NCBI GenBank assembly: GCA_013152925.1
Contig: JAADFK010000224.1
Span: forward strand, 1 to 58,336
DNA: 58,336 bases
Source: Acidobacteriota bacterium
GTDB taxonomy: Bacteria > Acidobacteriota > Thermoanaerobaculia > Thermoanaerobaculales > Sulfomarinibacteraceae
Direction: 5' to 3'
Part shown: one piece after another, positions 19,616-28,665 of the stretch
Layout: the number at the start of each line of letters is the position of its first letter
Numbering within the stretch: position 1 is the stretch's first letter
Position numbers and translations under genes: made by a program
The notes under the pieces: model-generated
The model's database searches: none
Seen by the model: the letters and a program-made list of their open reading frames with translations, nothing else
What the model was told of the DNA's origin: nothing

Positions 19616-20346
19616 GCCGCCGCGTCCTGGTGACCCGGACGGCCGAGGACTGCCGCCGTCTGCAGGAGCTCGTGGCGGACCACGGCATCGTCATCGAGCC
19701 CTACCCCGTGCTCCGCTTCGAAGCCGTGGAATCCGAGGCAGCCTGGAGTGAGGCGGTGGAGGCAGAGGCCTCCGGCCGGGAGCGGGGGGTGGAGCGGTGG
19801 TTGTTGCTGGCCTCGCCTCGCGCCGTACAACCGTTCCGCGACCAGGCGATCCACCATCATGGCGGGCGCCTCCTGGAGCTGCCCGCCGCCGCCGTTGGGC
19901 GGACCACCGCGCGGGAGGCGGCTCAGGCCGGCCTCCGGGTGGAGCTGACCGGAGCGGGGACCGGGGCGGCGTTGGCCCAGGAGCTTCTCGGACGCCTGCA
20001 AGAGCCGGCGCTCTTCCTCTTCCCCTGCGGCGCCGACCGCCGCCGTGAGCTGCCCGGGGCGCTCCGCGAAGCTGGTCACACTGTCCACGAGATCGAGGTC
20101 TACCGGATGCGCCGCATGCCGCCGGCGGATCTGCCAGCCCCCGCCGCCGAGATCGACGTCGTGGTGCTGACCTCGCCGCGCTCGGCCCGCTATTATGTGG
20201 AGAACCTCGGAGGCCGTCCCCTCGACTGCCTCCACATCGCCCTGGGACCGGCCACGCGCAACGCCGCCCGGTCCATGGGAATCCAGTGCCGCATCCCGGC
20301 CCGGCCGGAGATGGAGGCCCTTGCGGAGGAGCTATGCACGATCTGA
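19612..20346 (+). CDS. hemD: Uroporphyrinogen-III synthase
   Basis: VLVTRT, AVGRTTA, EVYR, LTSPRS and ALGPAT. Operon position supports the call. Confidence 0.88.
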   Translation: MSRRVLVTRTAEDCRRLQELVADHGIVIEPYPVLRFEAVESEAAWSEAVEAEASGRERGVERWLLLASPRAVQPFRDQAIHHHGGRLLELPAAAVGRTTAREAAQAGLRVELTGAGTGAALAQELLGRLQEPALFLFPCGADRRRELPGALREAGHTVHEIEVYRMRRMPPADLPAPAAEIDVVVLTSPRSARYYVENLGGRPLDCLHIALGPATRNAARSMGIQCRIPARPEMEALAEELCTI

Positions 20347-21317
20347 CCAGCCGTCCCAGGAGGTTGCGGACGACGTCCGCCATCCGCGACCTGGTGGCCG
20401 AGGCCCGCCTCGACCGCCGCATGTTCGTCCAACCCCACTTCGTCGTCCCCGGCGCGGGGATCTCGGAGCCCATCGAGGCCATGCCCGGCATCGAGCACCA
20501 GTCCGTGGACCGTCTCGTGGAGACCGTGGCCGCCGACCTGGAGCTCGGCATCCGGGCGGTGCTGCTCTTCGGAATCCCCGAGGAGGAGGCCAAGGCGTCC
20601 GACGGGCGGGCGGCCTACTCCGGCGACGCCGTGGTACCGGCCGCCATCAGCGCCCTCAAGGGTCGTTTCGGCGAGGGGCTGGCCGTCATGACGGACGTCT
20701 GTCTCTGCGCCTACACGGACCATGGCCACTGCGGCCTCGTACGGAACGGCCGCATCGACAACGACGCCACACTGCCCCACCTGGCCCGCATGGCCCTGGC
20801 CCACGCCCGGGCGGGTGCCGACGTTGTGGCCCCCTCGGACATGATGGACGGCCGGATCGGCGCCATCCGGGAGGCCCTGGACGACGACGGTTTCGCGGAG
20901 ACGGCCATCATGTCGTACTCGGTCAAGTACGCCTCCGCGTACTACGGTCCCTTCCGTGAAGCGGCCCACTCGGCGCCGGCCCAGGGGGATCGCCGCTCCT
21001 ACCAGATGGATGCCAGGAACCGCCGCGAGGCGGTGCTCGAGGCCGGCCTCGACGTGGACGAGGGCGCCGATATCCTGATGGTCAAGCCCGCCCTGGCCTA
21101 CCTGGACGTGGTGGCCGATATCCGGGAGAGCTTTCCCCAGCCGCTGGCCGTCTACAACGTCTCCGGCGAGTTCTCCATGGTCAAGGCCGCCGCCGCCCGC
21201 GGCTGGGTGGACGAGCGGGCCCTGGTGCTGGAGAACTGGCACGCCTTCCGGCGCGCCGGCGCCGACATCATCATCACCTACCACGCCCGCCAGGCCTTCG
21301 CGGAGGACTGGTTGTGA
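20334..21317 (+). CDS. hemB: Porphobilinogen synthase (Zn-type)
   Basis: RPRRLR, DVCLCAYTDHGHC, APSDMMDGR, YGPFREA and MVKP. Confidence 0.97.
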   Translation: MHDLTSRPRRLRTTSAIRDLVAEARLDRRMFVQPHFVVPGAGISEPIEAMPGIEHQSVDRLVETVAADLELGIRAVLLFGIPEEEAKASDGRAAYSGDAVVPAAISALKGRFGEGLAVMTDVCLCAYTDHGHCGLVRNGRIDNDATLPHLARMALAHARAGADVVAPSDMMDGRIGAIREALDDDGFAETAIMSYSVKYASAYYGPFREAAHSAPAQGDRRSYQMDARNRREAVLEAGLDVDEGADILMVKPALAYLDVVADIRESFPQPLAVYNVSGEFSMVKAAAARGWVDERALVLENWHAFRRAGADIIITYHARQAFAEDWL

Positions 21318-21420
21318 GGGGTGAGGAGAGACAGGATCGACGATAGAGGTTGTTGGAGGTGGGGGTGAAGAGTGAGGGGATGGTAGAAAGAGGAGAGAGG
21401 ATCAAGGTATGAGAGTCTGG
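21316..21420 (+). repeat. Purine-rich degenerate heptamer tract between hemB and hemL
   Basis: GAGGGGT GAGGAGA ... GAAGAGT GAGGGAT ... GAGGAGA GAGGATC AAGGTAT. Nearly C-free in a GC-rich context. Confidence 0.45.
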
Positions 21421-21539
21421 GACGGAGGCGCCGGCGGTGCGAAGATGTGGGCTCCGGGCCGGCCCGGAGGGGCCGTGAGGCTTCGGAGGCGGGCGTCCGG
21501 TCGCGGCCAGGGCGTCTCGGAGATCGGGAGAGGTTCAAG

Positions 21540-22853
21540 ATGAGCGCAGGACCACGTTCGCAGGAGCTGTACCGGGAGGCCTGCCGGCTGATGCCGGCCG
21601 GGGTCAACTCCCCCGTCCGCGCCTTTCACAGCGTGGGCGGTGAGCCCATCTTCCACGCCTCGGCGGCGGGCTGTCGTATCACGGACGTGGACGGCCGCAG
21701 CTACATCGACTACGTGGGCTCCTGGGGCCCGCTGATCCTCGGGCACGCCCACCCGGCCGTCGTCGAGGCCGTGGCCTCCGCGGCGGCACGCGGATTGAGC
21801 TTCGGCGCCCCCTGCGAAGCCGAGATCGAGCTGGCCCGGTTGCTCGCGGAGACCGTCGATCACCTGGAGATGGTGCGCTTCGTCTCCTCGGGCACCGAGG
21901 CCGTCATGTCCGCCGTCCGCCTGGCCCGGGGCGTCACGGGCCGGGACGACGTTCTCAAGTTCAGCGGCTGCTACCACGGCCACGCCGACCACCTGCTGGT
22001 CTCGGCGGGCTCGGGTCTCGCCACCTTCGGCAGGCCATCGTCGGCCGGGGTTCCTGCCGCCTTCGCCGGCCATACCCTCGTTCTTCCGCTGGACGACGAC
22101 ACAGCCCTGGAACGGCTCTTCGCCGAGCGGGGCGATCGCCTGGCCGCGGTCCTCATGGAGGGCATCCCGGCCAACGCCGGCCTCCTCGTTCAGCGGCAGG
22201 GCTATCTCCGGCGCCTGCGGGAGCTCTGCACGGAACACGGGGTCCTGCTGATCCTCGACGAGGTCATCACCGGCTTCCGGCTCGGCCCCGGCGGCGCCGC
22301 CGGGCTCTACGGCATCACCCCGGACCTGGCCACCTACGGCAAGATCATCGGTGGCGGCCTGCCCGTGGGCGCCTACGGCGGGAGCCGTCGGCTCATGGAG
22401 CAGCTGGCGCCGCTCGGTCCCGTCTACCAGGCCGGCACCCTCTCGGGCAACCCCGTGGCCATGGCCGCCGGCGCCGCGACGCTTCACGAGCTCCTGGACG
22501 ACGGCGGCTCGGCCTGGGAGCGTCTCGAACGGACGGCCGGCCGCCTCCAGCAGGGTCTCGGCGCTGCCTTTCACGATGCGGGGCTCCCCTTCTCCATCGC
22601 CCGTGCGGGCTCCATCCTCTGGCTCTCCCTGCAGGAGGGGCCGCCACCGCGCCGTTTCGAGGACATCGACGACGACGCCGCGGAGCGTTACGCGGCGCTT
22701 CACTCGGCGCTCTTGGACGAGGGCGTCTACCTGGCCCCGTCGGCCTACGAGGTCATGTTCGTCTCCACCGTGCACGACGAGGCCGACATCGACGAGACCG
22801 TCGCCGCCTTCGGCCGGGCGCTGGCGCGGGTGGGCGGAGAGATGCGCCCATGA
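21540..22853 (+). CDS. hemL: Glutamate-1-semialdehyde 2,1-aminomutase
   Basis: GVNSPVRAF, SGTEA, GCYHGH, DEVITGFR, GKIIGGGLP and YQAGTLSGNP. Confidence 0.97.
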   Translation: MSAGPRSQELYREACRLMPAGVNSPVRAFHSVGGEPIFHASAAGCRITDVDGRSYIDYVGSWGPLILGHAHPAVVEAVASAAARGLSFGAPCEAEIELARLLAETVDHLEMVRFVSSGTEAVMSAVRLARGVTGRDDVLKFSGCYHGHADHLLVSAGSGLATFGRPSSAGVPAAFAGHTLVLPLDDDTALERLFAERGDRLAAVLMEGIPANAGLLVQRQGYLRRLRELCTEHGVLLILDEVITGFRLGPGGAAGLYGITPDLATYGKIIGGGLPVGAYGGSRRLMEQLAPLGPVYQAGTLSGNPVAMAAGAATLHELLDDGGSAWERLERTAGRLQQGLGAAFHDAGLPFSIARAGSILWLSLQEGPPPRRFEDIDDDAAERYAALHSALLDEGVYLAPSAYEVMFVSTVHDEADIDETVAAFGRALARVGGEMRP

Positions 22854-23875
22854 GCGGCGAACCCCGATTCCTCCGGGCCTGCCGGCGGCAGGAGGTGGAC
22901 CGCCCCCCCGTCTGGTTCATGCGGCAGGCGGGCCGATACCTGCCCGAGTACCGCAAGGTCCGCCAGAAGGCCGGGGACTTCCTGACCCTCTGCCGCACCC
23001 CGGAGCTGGCCGCCGAGGTGACGCTCCAGCCGGTCCGGCGCTTCGGCCTCGACGCCGCCATCGTCTTTTCGGACATCCTGACGCCGCTTGTGCCCATGGG
23101 CATCGAGCTGAGCTTCACGCCGGGACCCCACATCGCCAACCCGGTCCGGTCGCCGGAGGACGTGGATCGCCTGCAGCGGCCCGCGCCGTGGGCCGGCACG
23201 GAGTTCCTGGACGAGACCCTGGAGCAGGTGCGCGAGACCCTCGATCCCGAGACGGCGCTGATCGGGTTCTCGGGCGCCCCGTGGACCCTGGCCAGCTACC
23301 TTGTGGAGGGAACGACCTCCCGCTCGTTCACGAAGGTCAAGGCCTTCGCCCACACGCATCCCGAGGCCTTCGACCGGCTGACGGCCACCCTGGCCGACGC
23401 CATGGCGGACTACCTGGCGGACCAGGTCCGGCACGGAGCGCAGGCGGTGCAGATCTTCGACTCGTGGATCGGGGCCCTGGACGCCGGGGACGCCCGGCGC
23501 TGGGGGCTGGCGCCGGCGCGGCGGCTGCTCGAGCGTCTGGAGGACCTCGGCGTGCCGCGGATCTACTTCCCCAACGGCGGCGGCCACCTGTTGCACGACC
23601 TCGTGGACTTCCCCTGCGAGGTGCTGAGCCTCGACTGGCGGGTTGACCTGGGACGGGCCGCACGGGCCCTGCCCCGGCACGCCCTCCAGGGCAACCTGGA
23701 CCCCGGCCTGCTGATGGCCCCTCCGGAGGTCGTCCGCCGGCGCACTCGGGCCATGCTCGAGGCTGCGCCCGGGCGGGGCTACATCGCCAACCTGGGCCAC
23801 GGCATCACTCCGGAGGTCCCCCTCGCCAGCGTCGAGGCTTTTGTCCGTACGGTCCAGGAGCACCGCCATGGTTGA
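22850..23875 (+). CDS. hemE: Uroporphyrinogen decarboxylase
   Basis: PVWFMRQAGRYLPEY, FSDIL, QGNLDP and NLGHG. Confidence 0.97.
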   Translation: MSGEPRFLRACRRQEVDRPPVWFMRQAGRYLPEYRKVRQKAGDFLTLCRTPELAAEVTLQPVRRFGLDAAIVFSDILTPLVPMGIELSFTPGPHIANPVRSPEDVDRLQRPAPWAGTEFLDETLEQVRETLDPETALIGFSGAPWTLASYLVEGTTSRSFTKVKAFAHTHPEAFDRLTATLADAMADYLADQVRHGAQAVQIFDSWIGALDAGDARRWGLAPARRLLERLEDLGVPRIYFPNGGGHLLHDLVDFPCEVLSLDWRVDLGRAARALPRHALQGNLDPGLLMAPPEVVRRRTRAMLEAAPGRGYIANLGHGITPEVPLASVEAFVRTVQEHRHG

Positions 23876-25265
23876 GACCGGCCTCGACGGCCTGACGCCC
23901 GAGCTCCTCGAGAAGTACGACCGGCCCGGGCCGCGATACACCTCCTACCCCACGGCGCCCCACTTCCACGAGGACTTCGGCGAGGAGCAGCACCGCGAGC
24001 GGCTGGCCGCCGCCGCCGAACGGCCGGACGCCCCCCTCTCCATGTACGTCCACATCCCCTTCTGCCGCGAACGCTGCACCTACTGCGGCTGCAACGTGGT
24101 CATCTCGCCCCATGGCGGGCCCGAGCTCCCCTACCTCGAGGCGGTTGAGCGGGAGCTCGAGCTGGTGGCCGCCGCCCTGGGCGAGCGCCGCACCCTCAAC
24201 CAGCTCCACTGGGGCGGGGGTACCCCCACCTACCTCTCGCCCCTCCAGATCCGGCGGCTCTTTTCGGCCATCACGCGCCACTTCGAGATTGCTCCCGGCG
24301 CCGAGGTGGCCATCGAGATCGATCCCTGCGTCACCACTCCAGAGCACCTCACCACCCTGGCCGAGCTCGGCTTCAACCGCATCTCCATGGGCCTGCAAGA
24401 CCTCGATCCCAGCGTCCAGACCGCCGTCCGGCGGATCCAGCCGCTGGAGCTGACCCGCGGGCACGTGGAGGCCGTCCGCCGACTGGGCGTGGACTCCGTC
24501 AACATCGACCTGATCTACGGCCTGCCCATTCAGACCGAGGAGGGGTTCCGCGAGACCGTCCGCACCGTCGTCGCCGAGCTGGCCCCCGACCGGGTGGCCT
24601 GCTTCTCGTACGCCCACGTGCCGTGGATCAAGCCCCACCAGCGGCAGCTCGACGAGACCACCCTGCCCCGGGGCTGGGAGAAGTTCCGGCTCTTCGCCGC
24701 CGCCGTGGAGGAATTCCTCACCGCCGGCTACACCTTCGTGGGCTTCGACCACTTCGCCCGCCCCGGCGACGAGCTGGCCGAGGCCCTCGGCGAGGGCCGC
24801 ATCCACCGCAACTTCATGGGCTACACCGTCATGCCTGCCACCGACCAGGTCGGCATCGGGCTGACCTCCATCGGCGACGTGGCCGGCGCCTACGCCGCCA
24901 ACCTCAAGAGCCTGGCCGCCTACGAGCGCATCCTGGCCGCGGGCGGTCTCCCCGTGGAGCGCGGCATCCTCAGGACGGCCGAGGATGAGCTCCGCGGCGC
25001 CGTCATCCGCCGCATCATCTGCGCCCTCGATCTCCCCTACGACTGGGTCCGTCGCGAGCTCGGCGCCGATCCCGCCGAACATTTCGCGGACGCCCTGGCG
25101 GCCCTCGTCCCCATGGCGGAGGACGGCCTGATCGAGCTCAACCCCGACGGCCTCCGCGTCACCCCGAGGGGCCGCTTCTTCCTGAGAAACATCTGCATGC
25201 CCTTCGACGCCTACCTCGAGACCGACGCCACCACAACCCGCCCAATCTACTCCAGGACGGTGTGA
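23868..25265 (+). CDS. hemN: Oxygen-independent coproporphyrinogen III dehydrogenase
   Basis: GPRYTSYPTA, HIPFCRERCTYCGC radical SAM motif, HRNFMGYT and C-terminal YSRTV. Confidence 0.96.
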   Translation: MVETGLDGLTPELLEKYDRPGPRYTSYPTAPHFHEDFGEEQHRERLAAAAERPDAPLSMYVHIPFCRERCTYCGCNVVISPHGGPELPYLEAVERELELVAAALGERRTLNQLHWGGGTPTYLSPLQIRRLFSAITRHFEIAPGAEVAIEIDPCVTTPEHLTTLAELGFNRISMGLQDLDPSVQTAVRRIQPLELTRGHVEAVRRLGVDSVNIDLIYGLPIQTEEGFRETVRTVVAELAPDRVACFSYAHVPWIKPHQRQLDETTLPRGWEKFRLFAAAVEEFLTAGYTFVGFDHFARPGDELAEALGEGRIHRNFMGYTVMPATDQVGIGLTSIGDVAGAYAANLKSLAAYERILAAGGLPVERGILRTAEDELRGAVIRRIICALDLPYDWVRRELGADPAEHFADALAALVPMAEDGLIELNPDGLRVTPRGRFFLRNICMPFDAYLETDATTTRPIYSRTV

Positions 25266-25602
25266 GGACACAACCCTCAGCTGAGGTTGTTGCGCTGTTC
25301 ACAACTTCCGTGGTTACAGGAGATGCGGCAGCCTTGACCGTTGCTTCACCCCACGGTGGGGACTGCATGCACGGCGTGCCGGGGCCGTTCCGGAGCGCGG
25401 ACTTCAGTCCGCAGAGACCGTCACTCGTTTTCATCTCGCTGTGGCTCATGGAAATGCTGGCCAAGGCCCGCGCTCCGTGGCCGGAGCCGCGAGGCAGGGC
25501 ACCAGCGCAGCAACCTCTCAGCTTCACCACGCTTGTGCTCTTGCCGCCATGGCTGTACATTGATCCATCGAGCTGGAAGCGGCCCGAAAGGGAGATGGCA
25601 TC

Positions 25603-28332
25603 ATGAAATCGATGCGGCGCCTTCCCATGGCAGTCCTGGTGACCTTTGGTCTGTTCGCCCTGGCCGCGGTCTTTGCAAAGTACTACACGGATTGGCTCTG
25701 GTTCCGCAACCTGGGGTACGGCACGGTTTTCGATACGATGCTCGCAGCAAGGGTCGGGGCCTTTTCCGTGTTCTTTCTCCTCGCAGCCCTGGCTGCCACC
25801 ATCAACATTGCGATCGCACGAAAACGCGGCGGACCCATCCGTCCGGCGACGACCATCGACGTCGGGGAGCCTGAAGGAACCCCGCTCGCTCTGCTTCTCA
25901 ACGCAAGCGTCATGAAGATCATGTGGGTCGTCGCGATCTTCCTGTTCTCCTGTGTCATGGGACTGGTCGCCGCTGGCTCGTGGGCCGAGTTCCTCAAGTT
26001 CCTCCACGCCTCGAGCTTCGGTCTCGCCGATCCGGTTTTCGGAAAGGACGTCGGCTTCTACGTCTTCACCCTTCCCGTCTACCAGTTTCTCCAGGGCTGG
26101 TATCAGCTTGCCGTCGTTCTCATTGCCATCGCGGTGATCTTTTCGTACAGTCTTGACCGCTCGATTTCACTCGGCCCCAGGGGACTCGTCATTGGTGCGA
26201 GGGCCAGGAAGCACCTGGCCGTTCTTGGCGGATTCCTCTTTCTCGGCATTGCCTTCCTCTACCGGTTGAAGCTGTACGCTCTCCTCTATTCCACGACGGG
26301 CGTGGCCTACGGGGCCTCCTACACGGATGTCCATGCGTTCCTGCCAGCCTACTGGGGCCTTCTCTCGATCACGCTGGCTGTCGCGATCCTGCTCTTCTTG
26401 GCGCCGTTCCTGAGGCGTTGGAAACTGATCACGTACCTCTTTGGAGCGTACGTCGTCGTGCTGATTCTCTTCACGTGGGCCTATCCCACGATTGTCCAGC
26501 AGTACGTCGTCAAACCCAACGAGCTCGTCAAGGAAGAACCGTACATCAAGAACAACATCACGTTCACCCGGCTGGCATACGGGCTGAACAAGATCACGGA
26601 GCGCCATTTCCCGGTGGCTCAGGATTTGACGTACAGGGACATTCAAAACAACAGGGCGACCATCGCCAACATCCGTCTCTGGGATCGCCGGCCCCTGATC
26701 CAGACGTACAAGCAGCTGCAGGAGTTTCGCCTGTACTACGATTTCAAGAACGTCGACGTGGACCGGTACTCTTTCGGCACGTACTTGCAGGTTGCTCTCG
26801 CCGCCCGGGAGCTCCCGGAGTCGCAGATTCCTCTCCGGGCACGGACGTGGGTCAACATCCACCTGATCTACACCCATGGCTTCGGCGTGGTGATGAGCCC
26901 CGTCAACCAGGTGACAGCGGACGGCCTGCCCCGGTTCATCGTGCAAAACATCCCACCCCAGAGCAGTGTGCCCCTCAAGATCACCGAACCGCGGATCTAC
27001 TATGGCGAGGAAACCGACACCTATGCGATCGTCCGCTCAAAAACACGCGAATTCGACTATCCCAAGGGCAACCAGAACGTATACACCTCCTACCACGGCA
27101 GGGGCGGTGTCTCGATCTCCGGGTGGTTCAGGCGGCTCGTCTACGCCTGGGAGCTTCCCGATGTGAAGCTCCTTCTCACCGATGCCATCACGAACAAGAG
27201 CCGACTGATGTACAACAGGATGATCACCGTCCGCGACCGGACCATTGCGCCGTTCCTCTCGTACGATTCCGACCCCTATCTCGTGGTTGGAGGCGATGGC
27301 AAGCTCTACTGGATACATGATGCCTATACGACGACAAACATGTTTCCATACTCGGAGCCCGTTTTGGAGACTATCGGGGAACGGGCCCTCAACTACATCC
27401 GAAACTCCGTGAAGATCGTCATCGACGCCTACAACGGCGATGTGACGTACTACGTGGTTGACCCTTCGGACCCCTTGATCCAGACATACGAGAAGATCTT
27501 CCCGGCCCTCTTCAAACCCATGAGTGCCATGCCACCCTTCCTCAAGAAGCACATCCGTTACCCGATGGACCTGTTTCGCATCCAGGCCAAGCTCAACAAT
27601 TCCTACCACATGACGGATCCCCAGGTCTTTTACAACCGCGAGGACCTCTGGACGACGCCGTCCGAGATCTACCAGGAACGCCAGCAGCGGATGAGCCCGT
27701 ACTACATCGTGATGAAGCTGCCCAACGGAACGTCCGAGGAGTTCATCCTGATGCTCCCCCTGACCCCCTCCAAGAAGGACAACATGGTCGCCTGGATGTG
27801 CGCCAGGTGCGACGCTCCCAACTACGGAGAGGTCATCGTGTACGACCTTCCCAAAGAGCGGCTGATCTATGGCCCGATGCAGATCGAGGCCCGCATCAAT
27901 CAGAAGCCCAGCATCTCATCCAAGTTGACGTTGTGGGGCCAAAAGGGCTCCCGTGTGATCCGCGGCAACATGCTCGTGATTCCCATCGAGAAGTCCTTCA
28001 TCTATGTGGAGCCCGTCTATCTGCAGGCCGAGCAGAGTGAGATGCCCGAGCTCAAGAGGGTCATCGTCTCGTTCAAGGAGAGGCTGGAAATGGAGCGAAA
28101 CCTCGATGAGGCGTTGTCGGCGGTTTTCAACGCCGCAAACCTCCCGGCAAGCGTGCTCTCGAAGGTGAGACAGGGCCAGGCGCCGGCCGCCCCCCTGAGC
28201 CGGAAAGCACAGAAGGCCCTCACGCGGTACAACAACGCCATGGACGCCCTCAAGCGAGGGGATTGGGCCGCCTACGGCGCCGAGCTCGAGAAGCTCAAGC
28301 AGATACTCCAGAGCATGGCCAAACGGCCGTGA
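25603..28332 (+). CDS. UPF0182 family membrane protein
   Basis: TDWLWF, DPVFGKDVGFY, NIRLWD, YTHGFG, PRIYYGE, NYIRNSVK and YVEPVY. Confidence 0.93.
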   Translation: MKSMRRLPMAVLVTFGLFALAAVFAKYYTDWLWFRNLGYGTVFDTMLAARVGAFSVFFLLAALAATINIAIARKRGGPIRPATTIDVGEPEGTPLALLLNASVMKIMWVVAIFLFSCVMGLVAAGSWAEFLKFLHASSFGLADPVFGKDVGFYVFTLPVYQFLQGWYQLAVVLIAIAVIFSYSLDRSISLGPRGLVIGARARKHLAVLGGFLFLGIAFLYRLKLYALLYSTTGVAYGASYTDVHAFLPAYWGLLSITLAVAILLFLAPFLRRWKLITYLFGAYVVVLILFTWAYPTIVQQYVVKPNELVKEEPYIKNNITFTRLAYGLNKITERHFPVAQDLTYRDIQNNRATIANIRLWDRRPLIQTYKQLQEFRLYYDFKNVDVDRYSFGTYLQVALAARELPESQIPLRARTWVNIHLIYTHGFGVVMSPVNQVTADGLPRFIVQNIPPQSSVPLKITEPRIYYGEETDTYAIVRSKTREFDYPKGNQNVYTSYHGRGGVSISGWFRRLVYAWELPDVKLLLTDAITNKSRLMYNRMITVRDRTIAPFLSYDSDPYLVVGGDGKLYWIHDAYTTTNMFPYSEPVLETIGERALNYIRNSVKIVIDAYNGDVTYYVVDPSDPLIQTYEKIFPALFKPMSAMPPFLKKHIRYPMDLFRIQAKLNNSYHMTDPQVFYNREDLWTTPSEIYQERQQRMSPYYIVMKLPNGTSEEFILMLPLTPSKKDNMVAWMCARCDAPNYGEVIVYDLPKERLIYGPMQIEARINQKPSISSKLTLWGQKGSRVIRGNMLVIPIEKSFIYVEPVYLQAEQSEMPELKRVIVSFKERLEMERNLDEALSAVFNAANLPASVLSKVRQGQAPAAPLSRKAQKALTRYNNAMDALKRGDWAAYGAELEKLKQILQSMAKRP

Positions 28333-28665
28333 TACCGAGCCGGCGTCCTGCCGCTGCACCAAGTGGGACGAAGGGGAGCATTCCCCAGGGTATTCAGGAG
28401 CTTCTGCTGGAATGCGACGTGTCGGTTGAAGACGCGGTTGAAGGTGCCGTTGGGGATGGCGCAGCGAAGGATGTCGCCGGCGCCGCCGGAACAGCCTCCA
28501 GGACCGCACGGGCCGCCCAGCGCAATCTTCTCCCATCGCGCCGGGCGAGCACGACCCCAACGGAGCGCGGGCTCGAACCCGTCGCGAAGGGTTACAGGTT
28601 CTCCCGGCGATCCCAACCGGTGTACACTATCTCCAAGTGTTCATACGGGACGAAAGGAGCTCCTG

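Noticed and set aside
28333-28480. Possible gene remnant after UPF0182
   Set aside because: Protein-like translations exist on both strands, but I cannot assign a family without a search.
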